This document shows positions 56,740 to 64,000 of a DNA stretch of 64,000 nucleotides, one piece after another. Each line of letters begins with the position of its first letter. Within the stretch, counting starts at the first letter, position 1. The DNA is taken from assembly GCA_016716505.1 (NCBI GenBank), contig JADJWF010000003.1:400674-464673 (forward strand), written 5' to 3'. A program made the translations under genes and the position numbers. A model generated the notes under the pieces. It did not search any database, was not told the origin of the DNA, and saw only the letters and a list, made by a program, of their open reading frames with translations. The stretch is from Verrucomicrobiota bacterium (GTDB taxonomy: Bacteria > Verrucomicrobiota > Verrucomicrobiia > Limisphaerales > J093).

Positions 56740-57404
56740 GCCTTCAGCCGGTAGCCCACGCCACGGATGGTCTCGATGAGCTTGACGGTCTCCCCCTCGT
56801 CGATTTTCTTGCGCAACCGCTGCACATATACGTCCACTACATTCGTGCCGGGATCGAAATCGCAGCCCCAAACCTGCTCCAAAATTTGGACTCGCGTGAA
56901 AACCCGACCGGGCGCGCGCAGCAACTGTTCGAGCAGCGCAAACTCGCGGGCTGTCAGTTCAATCTTCCGCTCCCCCCGCCGCACCTCGCGCGTTAGGAGA
57001 TTCACGGTCAGGTCCTCGACGCCGAGCAGGCTCTCCGGTGTGCCGGCTGCCCGCCGGGCAACCGCGTGGAGGCGGGCGATCAGTTCCTCAACGAAGAACG
57101 GCTTGGTCAGGTAATCGTCCGCCCCCAGATTCAACCCCTCCACGCGCTCGTTCAGTTCGCTCCGGGCCGTGAGCAGGATCACCGGGACCGACCGCTTCCG
57201 CTCGCGCAGGTTGCGCAGGATACTCAGCCCGTCGCGGCCAGGCAGCATGATGTCGAGTACCAACGCGTCGTAGGGCCGGGTCAGCGCCCGCGCGTACCCG
57301 TCGTCGCCGTCGTGGGCCACTTCCACGGTGAACCCTCGCGCCTCCAGCCCCTTCCGGATGAAGGATGCGATCTTCTTTTCATCTTCGACGACCAGAACTT
57401 TCAC
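56736..57404 (-). CDS. OmpR-family response regulator, CusR/CopR-like
   Basis: GTG start gives MKVLVVEDEKKIASFIRKGLEARGF...LVLDIMLPGRDG...ADDYLTKPF, then a winged helix (VDVYVQRLRKKID...IETIRGVGYRLK). 222 aa. The long upstream extension of ORF 56736..57668 is non-coding-like. Confidence 0.9.
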   Translation of the reverse strand: MKVLVVEDEKKIASFIRKGLEARGFTVEVAHDGDDGYARALTRPYDALVLDIMLPGRDGLSILRNLRERKRSVPVILLTARSELNERVEGLNLGADDYLTKPFFVEELIARLHAVARRAAGTPESLLGVEDLTVNLLTREVRRGERKIELTAREFALLEQLLRAPGRVFTRVQILEQVWGCDFDPGTNVVDVYVQRLRKKIDEGETVKLIETIRGVGYRLKA

Positions 57405-57487
57405 AACCTTTGCGGGGGGGCTTCCCCGAATTCCCGATAAATTAACCTTCAAAGGTCTTTTCGCTGTAGGTCGGCCGACTGTTGGCC

Positions 57488-57526
57488 AAAATCGGCAACC
57501 CTCTCCCGTCGGATGGAAGAGGGTTG
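57488..57526 (-). terminator. hairpin plus T-run between the DUF2202 gene and the response-regulator gene (terminator/attenuator candidate)
   Basis: Minus strand reads CAACCCTCT-(13 nt loop)-AGAGGGTTG, a perfect 9-bp stem, followed by CCGATTTT. Confidence 0.4.
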
Positions 57527-57639
57527 AGATGACGGGCCGAGCTGTCCACCTCAAACACGCAGTGCGGTCGGCGGGAATTCCAACTTCGTGCGCTGGGTCT
57601 GCACGGCCGGAACTTCGGCGCGACGGCGATGAGTCAGTC

Positions 57640-58443
57640 TCACCGCCCTGCGCGCTTCCGAGCGCCATTGCCGGGCTGAGCCTTGTTCCCTTGCTGCCCG
57701 CCCGGGCCTTTGCCGGCCGGGCCGGCGGTCGCGGTGCCGCGGGCTTCGAGGGCTGTGATCGCCCGATTGAATGCGGTCAAGTGATTGGCGGAACCCCGGC
57801 GGAGGTTCGCGAAGACCCGTAACACGGTCGCGTGCTGCGTCCCGGCCAGCGCCTCGTCAAGGTCGGCGATGTCCGTCTCCTCGATGAACACACCCACGGC
57901 GAGGGCTGCGGCCAGCGACTCGCTGCCTTGCGCCACGAGCTTGTCGTGGAGTGCCTGCAACTCCGGAATACTAAACTTCCCGCGTTCGTCGGGAGTGGTG
58001 TCCGTCAGGCTAAACGCTCCGACCAGACGGTCCATGGCATCCATGTGCTGCTGCTCGGCGGTAGCGATGTGTACAAACGTGGGGTGGTCCCACTTCTGGG
58101 CCAGCGCTTGGTACACGTCGCGGGCCAGCTTCTCCTCCTGTTTCATGTACAGGATGTTGTTGGCGTCGGTGGTGGTGATTTCCCCGACGCTTTGGCCGGT
58201 TCGATCAAGGGGACAGGCGCACCCCCGCTTCTGCGGGCCGCTGCCGTCACACTGACCCAAGCGTTGACACTGACCCAGTCCATGACCGGCCTTGGGACCG
58301 TGGCCCCGGCCTGCGCCGGCGTCCCGACCTTGCCCCTGGTATCCCAGCGGACAGGGGATGGTGTCCTGACCCAGGAGGAGGTTGCCGGTGCCGACGAGCA
58401 GCGCCGTGGCCAGCAGTGTTGTCGTGATTTGGTTTGTCTTCAT
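57640..58443 (-). CDS. DUF2202 ferritin-like secreted protein with Gly/Cys/His-rich insert
   Basis: Start MKTNQITTTLLATALLVGTGNLLLG (ATG at 58441-58443). Ferritin-like blocks LYMKQEEKLARDVYQAL, IATAEQQHMDAM, IEETDIADLDEAL and RGSANHLTAFNRAI. N-terminal insert GRGHGPKAGHGLGQCQRLGQCDGSGPQKRGCACPLD. Confidence 0.8.
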   Translation of the reverse strand: MKTNQITTTLLATALLVGTGNLLLGQDTIPCPLGYQGQGRDAGAGRGHGPKAGHGLGQCQRLGQCDGSGPQKRGCACPLDRTGQSVGEITTTDANNILYMKQEEKLARDVYQALAQKWDHPTFVHIATAEQQHMDAMDRLVGAFSLTDTTPDERGKFSIPELQALHDKLVAQGSESLAAALAVGVFIEETDIADLDEALAGTQHATVLRVFANLRRGSANHLTAFNRAITALEARGTATAGPAGKGPGGQQGNKAQPGNGARKRAGR

Positions 58444-58555
58444 ATCGTATGGCTCTTCGTTTTGTCTTGTTCCAGTTTGTCGTTCGTGGCGCGGTCCATC
58501 GCGCCGCTTCAGAAACAGCAGACGCGACCAACATGAACGTACTGCCTTGGGCAGG

Positions 58556-58571
58556 ATTACAGTTCTGTAAT
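58556..58571. promoter_or_regulatory. perfect dyad ATTAC-N6-GTAAT (ATTACAGTTCTGTAAT) upstream of the DUF2202/regulator/kinase genes; candidate CusR/CopR-type box
   Basis: Read directly, 113-128 nt upstream of the DUF2202 start. A second palindrome, CTGCC-TTG-GGCAG, abuts it at 58542-58554. The half-site spacing equals that of the E. coli CusR box ATGAC-N6-GTCAT, as I remember it. Confidence 0.3.
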
Positions 58572-58789
58572 CGGGCGGAGTAACGCCGTGGCCAAAAGAA
58601 CGGCGGGTCAGAGCCAATGGACTCACCACCAGCCATCATCGTCCGAAAACCTCAGGTCGCACGCTTACCTACGGGTTGGCTGACTCTCGAAACGCTCCAA
58701 CGCAACGTGCGCTTGGCCGCGGGCCGTTTTTGGAATCCCTCATTCGCTGGTTTGGTTGGGACTCCGCAAATATGTTGACAAGCGGGCGT

Positions 58790-59230
58790 CGGCCAAGACA
58801 ACGCGGCAGCCGTCCCACCGCATGGTCCCGGAAATAGGATTACAACTGGGCTCAAGCACGGCCGCTGAAGCACGGTGGATCTGGTCGAGGACCGCCGCGG
58901 GGTCCGTGGTCCGGGCGACGCGTTCGAACCACTTGAGCCAAGAGGTGGATGTGGGCGCGAACTGGACGTGATAGTGCGGGAGTCGCGTCAGCCAAGCCGG
59001 CACTTGGGCACTTTGTGCGTCCGGCGCGGGCGTGTCTGCCGACGCCCAAGCTTGGGCCCTAGGCGTGTGCGGGAAGGCTCGGGTTGCGCCCGCGACCAAG
59101 GGCAGCCTCCCGCCCCGCCAAACCGGACGCCGCCCAACGAAAGCGGCAACGATTGCCCGGGCGTGATCGTCCACGCGCCCATGTTCGCGGCTCCACCCTC
59201 CACCTCCGTTTGCATCGTAATGACCAGCGG
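58790..59230 (-). mobile_element. decayed IS630-family transposase remnant (C-terminal DDE region only, frameshifted)
   Basis: ORF 58740..59174 contains ...DTPAPDAQSAQVPAWLTRLPHYHVQFAPTSTSWLKWFERV... This mirrors the IS630 block LDNxxxHKxxxVxxWLxxxPRxHxHFTPTSxSWLNxVExWF. The upstream part (WTITPGQSLPL, cf. W-APRGQ-TPVL) lies in another frame (ORF 58988..59215). No HTH region or terminal inverted repeats were seen. The local GC content is lower. Confidence 0.5.
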
Positions 59231-59520
59231 CGCTCGCGGGCCCGAAGGTTTTGACTCGCGCCGTCAGGTTTCGGCGCGCACACTACCCCTCGAGTTCAAG
59301 CTATGTTCGGTCGGCGCCGTGATCGTGAACGAGGTCGTTACTACTGTCTCCCGGGCATGGGACGCAGCAATCGTCGTCATCACCAGCGGATCTTGTATTC
59401 AGCCATCGCCTTCGGTCTCGTCGTCTCGGCAACGCTGGCGATCATCCTGCTCCTCACCAATCGCCGCTGAACCGGGTGCCCAACCTCACTGATTCGCAAT
59501 TCGTCTCCCGGCCGGGCCCG

Positions 59521-59560
59521 GCAAAACAACAAACCGCCGGCAGGCGTCCGCCCCCGGCGG
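59521..59560 (-). terminator. intrinsic terminator downstream of the S8 peptidase gene
   Basis: Minus strand reads CCGCCGG-(13 nt, with an internal GGC/GCC mini-stem)-CCGGCGG followed by TTTGTTGTTTTG. It starts 29 nt after the TAA at 59589-59591. Confidence 0.55.
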
Positions 59561-59588
59561 CCAAATGGAAACCGCGCTGGCGGGCCGC

Positions 59589-62500
59589 TTACTCCACGGT
59601 GCGGGCCCGGAAGTACTTGGTGGAGGAGTCCTGCTGAATCGGCAGGCGAATCTGCCCCTGGCGCGCCTCGTTGGTGGAGAAGGACTGCCAACGCAGGAGA
59701 TCGGTCGAACTCTGCAGGACGTAGATCTGGTTGGTTTGCCCGGTAAGCACGAGCTCCAGAATGCCCGAGGGCAGCACGTTCATTCGCAGTTGAGCCGCGC
59801 TCACCAGCGGATCCACCGGCACCTCGATCGGCAGGTCTATCGCGTCCACGAAGGCCGCGTCCAAGCCAGCGCGGTTCCGTGCATCCTTGCGGTACACCCA
59901 CTGCAGCGTATGCGGTCCGGGGGTCAGGTTAAACTCGAAGGCAGTCCATGAGGTTTCCCCGGACCAGCGCTTCAACGGTTTGGCGTTCGGCAACTGCGGA
60001 TCCACCCAGAACTCCAGCCAATCCCAACCCTCCTCCGAACTGACGCGATGGTAGAACCGGCCCGTGCCCCCCCGGAAATTGGCGGTGAGAATCATCGAAC
60101 TCGACTGGGCATCCCCGATCGCACCCGAACGCGCGGACTTCGTGCCGCTGTAGGCGTCGGCGTCGGTTACGATCCAGGGACGATCACCCGCGAAAGTCCA
60201 ATCCAACCCGGAGAAGCCGCCGGACTCGAAATCCTCGGCGAACACCTTCGGTTTGAAGACTGCCGTGACCACGGTGTCGCGAGTCACCTGCAAGACCAGC
60301 GGATTCGCCGGCGATGACACGTCGCCTTCCCAGCTAATGAAGTCGTAAAGCGGGGCCGGTGTCGCTCGGAGGGTTTGCGTGGACCCGCTCGCCAGGGACA
60401 AAGTGCCCGAAGGCGAAGTAACACCCCCTGGCATCGCGGACACAGTCAGCGACACCAAATTGGTCCGTACAAAAGACCAGTTCAATACGGTGCGGCCGGA
60501 AGCGGCGCCGAAACCATCCACCGCGATGCGGTACACTTGGTTGGACCGGACACCAGTAACCACACGGCTGTACCGCGAGTTGGCGGTCACATCGTCATTG
60601 CTGGCCACATGGGTGAGGTCATAGACCAGATCGCCCGTGTACACTGCCAGCAGGGTGTCGTACGTAGAACCCCGGGTGTCCACAGTCAGCAGGCCGTGAT
60701 CCGGCGCCAGCCATGACCACCAAACGGATCGGCCACCCTCGTTGCCGGCATGGAAGGGCTCACCCACCTCCTTGGTCGCGGCGTTATTGGTCGTCTGCAT
60801 CGAGCCCGATTCAGTCTTGAGGAAGTACGGACTGGATGGATCCAATACCGAGCCGAAAACGTCATTTGGCGAGAGAATCGGCTGGTAGAACACAATGATC
60901 TCCGACCTCGGGCCACGGTTTTCCGCATAGTCCTCGGCAAAGGCGGCGATGCGGTTCTGCCCTACAACCAGATTCGCCGTTGCGGTCCAGTTGGTTGTAC
61001 CGGTTGCCGAAACTCCCAAGCCGCCATTCACGCTAACCAGGACTTCCTTCACACCCGACTGATTGGGGGTCGGGTCGAAGGCGGTGCCGGTCAGGTCCAA
61101 GCGGTTGGCGGAGACCACCAAGCCGCTTCCCGGACTGGTAATATTCACGAGAGGTGCAGCGTCATCCGGCCGTCCGCCGGGCTGGATGCGCAGTCGGATG
61201 CTGCCCACTTGATTCGTAGTGTACCCGGCCACTGCAATGCGGTAGGTCGCACCCCGCCGGGCCTCAAAACTGACGTTAACGCGGCGCTTCACCCCGGCCG
61301 CCGCAGAGGCGACGTGCGTCAAGCGATCCACCCGATCGCCCGTGTAAACGCCGACGATCGTGTCGAAGTCACTGCCCGCCGTGTCCACAATCGCCGTCGA
61401 GTCCACCGCCGGAGACCAGTTGTACCAGAGGGAGGCCGAGGCGGTTGGAATGCCGCCATGCATCGGCTCGCCGGCCTGCAGGGTGGCATAAGTGTTGGTG
61501 GCGACAATGAGCGTGGGACCAAAGGCCCCTTCCGCTGGAACTTTGTCCGCCTGCGCGAACGCATCGTTCGGCGGGCGATCCACGATGAAGTACCGCACCA
61601 AGTTGGTGCTCCGCATGACCGTGTTGCTGACCGGGAAATGGTTCGTAGAAATCGTCCAAACTTGGAAGGTGACCGTATTCGAGTACCAGGAGTTGGTGTA
61701 AGGCGCCAAGTTGATCACCGTACTGTAGATGTTGTCGTTGGTCACCGCATCGGGGGCCACGCCGTCGTTGCGGAACACCAGCGGGATGTTGGTGTCACCG
61801 GCATTGGTGTTGGCGATGATCTCTCCGGTCACCAGCGCGTTGGTGATCGGAAACAAATCACTCAGCTTCACAAACACCGGCAGGTTGGTCGTCATCAGCA
61901 CCACCGCGTTCGTCCGCGGCGTGAAGACCAGTTCCGGAATCCCGTCTGGCTTGGCCCGCAGCGCCCGCAGGGCGTTCACCCGCCCGCCAGTCGTGGTCCG
62001 TTCGCGGAGATCCTCCACGGGAACCGCCGTGCTCAGAATTCGCTCGCGAACCTCCTGCACCGAAGCGTTGGGTGACTCGGCCAAGATCAGCGCTGCCACG
62101 CCTGCAACGTGCGGCGCGGCCATGCTCGTGCCCTCAATCGTTTCGTAATCGGTGTCCGACCTGTACCAAGCAGAAAAGATTTCCATGCCTGGCGCCCCGA
62201 TGTGAACGGTCCGCCGGCCGAAATTGGAAAACCAAGCCAGCTTGTCCTTGCGGTCAAGGGCCGCCACTGAAATGACATTCTCGACGTCGTAATTTGACGG
62301 GTAATGGGGAATCAGGTCGTTGTTCTCCGTATCATTGCCGGCGGCGGCCACGAACAGCACCCCATTGGTACTGGCACCGATGATGGAGTCCAGCAGGGCC
62401 TGACTGAAAGTCCCGCCGCCCCAACTTGCGTTGATGACTCTGGCCCGGTTCGCTACTGAGTAGTCAATCGCCTCAACCTGATCGCTGGTGAACCCGGACC

Positions 62501-63329
62501 CGCCCGCTCCAAAACACTTCGCTGCCAGCAATTGCACCCGCCAAGCCACACCCACATGCGGAAACCCGTCGTTGGCCCCAGCCCCGATCGTGCCCGCGAC
62601 GTGCGTCCCGTGACCATTGTCATCCCACGGGTCACCCGATCCCGCCACCGCATTGACTCCGTACACGTCGTCAACGTAACCGTTCCCGTCGTCATCAACG
62701 CCGTTGCCCGGGATCTCGCGTGGATTTCGCCACAACTGGTTGACGAACTCGTTATGCGTGTAGCGGATTCCCGTGTCAGTGACCGCTACGATAACGTTCG
62801 TTGAGCCCACTGTGATGTCCCAAGCGTTTGTGAAGCTGCCATCCGGGTCGGAAATTACGTCAGCCCCAACGATCCCCCCGTTCTGGCCCACGTTTTTCAA
62901 GCCCCAAAGGGTGCCGTCCAAGAATCGGCCGTCATTGGGCTCCGTTACCGCAATCTTCGTCTGGTAGTCCGGTTCAACATACAGGAACATCCCGGAATTG
63001 CGCAGCATCTCGATGCGTCCGGCCAAGCGCTCTACCTGGGCTTGCGGGCTGCCCGACGCGGACTGGACGGTCACACTGGGACGGTAGTCGAGGACCACCG
63101 CCCCGGGGGTCAGGGCGAATCGCCGCTGAATGACGAATCCCTGCGAGCGCAGCGTCGCCACCGTTGCCAGGCTCACTGCTTGCTCCGGTTGGGCAAATCG
63201 AGCCAGCACCCGCGTCGGATGCACCTGATAGCGGCCAAGGGTGACCGGTTCGGCGGGTTGCGCCCAAGCGGACCCTGCCACCACCGAGGCGGTCAACCAC
63301 GCCAACCTCGAAGAACAAAACTTCAGCAT
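59589..63329 (-). CDS. secreted subtilisin-family (S8) serine peptidase with large C-terminal extension (1246 aa)
   Basis: Start MLKFCSSRLAWLTASVVAGSAWA. Propeptide-like region; catalytic triad contexts VAVTDTGI, HGTHVAGTIGAG and GTSMAAPHVAGVAALI. Two paralogous ~130-aa domains (GEPMHGG..SLWYNW...VDTAGSDFDTIVGVYTG and GEPFHAGNEGGRSVWWSW...VDTRGSTYDTLLAVYTG). Then a B-repeat-like domain, a lectin-like domain and a terminal beta-sandwich ending YFRARTVE. Confidence 0.92.
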   Translation of the reverse strand: MLKFCSSRLAWLTASVVAGSAWAQPAEPVTLGRYQVHPTRVLARFAQPEQAVSLATVATLRSQGFVIQRRFALTPGAVVLDYRPSVTVQSASGSPQAQVERLAGRIEMLRNSGMFLYVEPDYQTKIAVTEPNDGRFLDGTLWGLKNVGQNGGIVGADVISDPDGSFTNAWDITVGSTNVIVAVTDTGIRYTHNEFVNQLWRNPREIPGNGVDDDGNGYVDDVYGVNAVAGSGDPWDDNGHGTHVAGTIGAGANDGFPHVGVAWRVQLLAAKCFGAGGSGFTSDQVEAIDYSVANRARVINASWGGGTFSQALLDSIIGASTNGVLFVAAAGNDTENNDLIPHYPSNYDVENVISVAALDRKDKLAWFSNFGRRTVHIGAPGMEIFSAWYRSDTDYETIEGTSMAAPHVAGVAALILAESPNASVQEVRERILSTAVPVEDLRERTTTGGRVNALRALRAKPDGIPELVFTPRTNAVVLMTTNLPVFVKLSDLFPITNALVTGEIIANTNAGDTNIPLVFRNDGVAPDAVTNDNIYSTVINLAPYTNSWYSNTVTFQVWTISTNHFPVSNTVMRSTNLVRYFIVDRPPNDAFAQADKVPAEGAFGPTLIVATNTYATLQAGEPMHGGIPTASASLWYNWSPAVDSTAIVDTAGSDFDTIVGVYTGDRVDRLTHVASAAAGVKRRVNVSFEARRGATYRIAVAGYTTNQVGSIRLRIQPGGRPDDAAPLVNITSPGSGLVVSANRLDLTGTAFDPTPNQSGVKEVLVSVNGGLGVSATGTTNWTATANLVVGQNRIAAFAEDYAENRGPRSEIIVFYQPILSPNDVFGSVLDPSSPYFLKTESGSMQTTNNAATKEVGEPFHAGNEGGRSVWWSWLAPDHGLLTVDTRGSTYDTLLAVYTGDLVYDLTHVASNDDVTANSRYSRVVTGVRSNQVYRIAVDGFGAASGRTVLNWSFVRTNLVSLTVSAMPGGVTSPSGTLSLASGSTQTLRATPAPLYDFISWEGDVSSPANPLVLQVTRDTVVTAVFKPKVFAEDFESGGFSGLDWTFAGDRPWIVTDADAYSGTKSARSGAIGDAQSSSMILTANFRGGTGRFYHRVSSEEGWDWLEFWVDPQLPNAKPLKRWSGETSWTAFEFNLTPGPHTLQWVYRKDARNRAGLDAAFVDAIDLPIEVPVDPLVSAAQLRMNVLPSGILELVLTGQTNQIYVLQSSTDLLRWQSFSTNEARQGQIRLPIQQDSSTKYFRARTVE

Positions 63330-63402
63330 ACTCAAAACTTTCCCCAGCCGGGGACCGCCCGGCTGACTTTGCGCCACTGCCGCTTGCGGAACCCGAAGCC
63401 CA

Positions 63403-64000
63403 TTACGGCAGGTAGCTCACCCGATAGTAGCGCGCCCGGCCGTCCCCGGGGACGGGGTCCTCGACCGTCAGCGTCTGAATGGTGTCCGAGCTATTGGTGA
63501 CCTGCCGAAGTTCCTGCCAATTTCGCGGGTTGAGGCTGGTGGCAAAATCCACCCGATAGGTAGTCCGGGCCGCCGCCCGCCAAGACAAGAGGAACGCCGG
63601 CGGATTGCCCGGGCGGATTGAGACATTGACGAGACGCGGCCCTTGGAACGGAGTCGTGTCGAAACGGTTCGCGATACCGTCGGCGTCCGAGTCAATCGTC
63701 GCGCTCTCGCGCAGGGCGCGCGGTACCGTGATCGTCGTTTGCCGCGGTGGCATGGTGTTGACGTCGGTGATCACCAACACATCCACCGAACTGTTCGGTC
63801 CGGCGAAGTCCAACACCTGCTGAACCCGACCGCCGTAGCGCGCGTTCAGGGTCTCAGCCGGCACATTTGCCACGGAATAGTAAATGGTGAAGTTGGGATC
63901 CACCACCAGCGAGCCTTCGAAATCCGCCTGCGCCGTGGCCGAAAACTCCAACGAGTCCACATAGATGGCGTTCTTCGCGCCCACGCCACGAAACACGATC
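63403..64000 (-). CDS. C-terminal part of a secreted protein (5-prime end beyond the right edge)
   Basis: The frame is open to position 64000. Contains a DSDADGIANRFD Ca-binding-like loop and a terminal beta-sandwich (FLLSWRAAARTTYRVDFATSLNPRNWQEL...GRARYYRVSYLP-stop). Confidence 0.7.
   Translation of the reverse strand, partial: IVFRGVGAKNAIYVDSLEFSATAQADFEGSLVVDPNFTIYYSVANVPAETLNARYGGRVQQVLDFAGPNSSVDVLVITDVNTMPPRQTTITVPRALRESATIDSDADGIANRFDTTPFQGPRLVNVSIRPGNPPAFLLSWRAAARTTYRVDFATSLNPRNWQELRQVTNSSDTIQTLTVEDPVPGDGRARYYRVSYLP

Noticed and set aside
58915-58940. GGTTCGAAC, a tRNA T-loop-like sequence on the minus strand.
   Set aside because: No acceptor, D or anticodon arms can be drawn around it. 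It encodes the WFER part of the IS630-like relic.

Overview
This is a GC-rich bacterial chromosomal segment; third codon positions are almost all G/C. The gene content fits the PVC superphylum, most likely Verrucomicrobiota. That call is inference, based on planctomycete-type cytochrome c domains, a PVC-type haem-binding dehydrogenase, DUF1080 proteins, Ser/Thr-kinase-WD40 sensors and giant secreted proteins. I can support about 40 protein-coding genes. I found no rRNA, tRNA or CRISPR array.

Content from left to right:
- 1-6.5 kb: a DUF2339 membrane protein (partial), GH78 rhamnosidase, sugar-phosphate isomerase and purS-purQ.
- 6.6-11.3 kb: three consecutive haem proteins. These are a CHRD protein with a CxxCH site, a lipoprotein multihaem cytochrome, and a cytochrome-c-fused outer-membrane-barrel-like protein.
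- 11.4-21.7 kb: a kinase-WD40 sensor, a broken Uma2 nuclease, glnE, yjbQ, DUF1080 and a broken NfeD.
- 22-35.7 kb: an accessory-looking block. It holds a beta-propeller protein of about 1160 aa, a Gly-rich secreted protein, a 1660-aa surface protein with a 33-residue proline run, and a kinase-WD40-ECF sigma operon.
- 35.9-53 kb: a glycan-utilisation stretch. It holds DUF1080, GH32, a secreted ADP-ribosylglycohydrolase-family protein, an ABC binding protein plus ATPase, an 1118-aa unknown protein, a TIM-barrel isomerase, a PVC haem dehydrogenase and GH127.
- 53-64 kb: a UbiA prenyltransferase, a CusRS-like two-component system with a DUF2202 ferritin-like protein, a decayed IS630 transposase relic, a 1246-aa S8 peptidase and the tail of another secreted protein.

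The best candidate for something undescribed is the cytochrome plus cytochrome-fused barrel pair at 8032-11313, a possible porin-cytochrome electron conduit. Three genes are broken by frameshifts at short homopolymers and one by an in-frame TAA. All domain calls come from motif recognition by eye; no searches were run.
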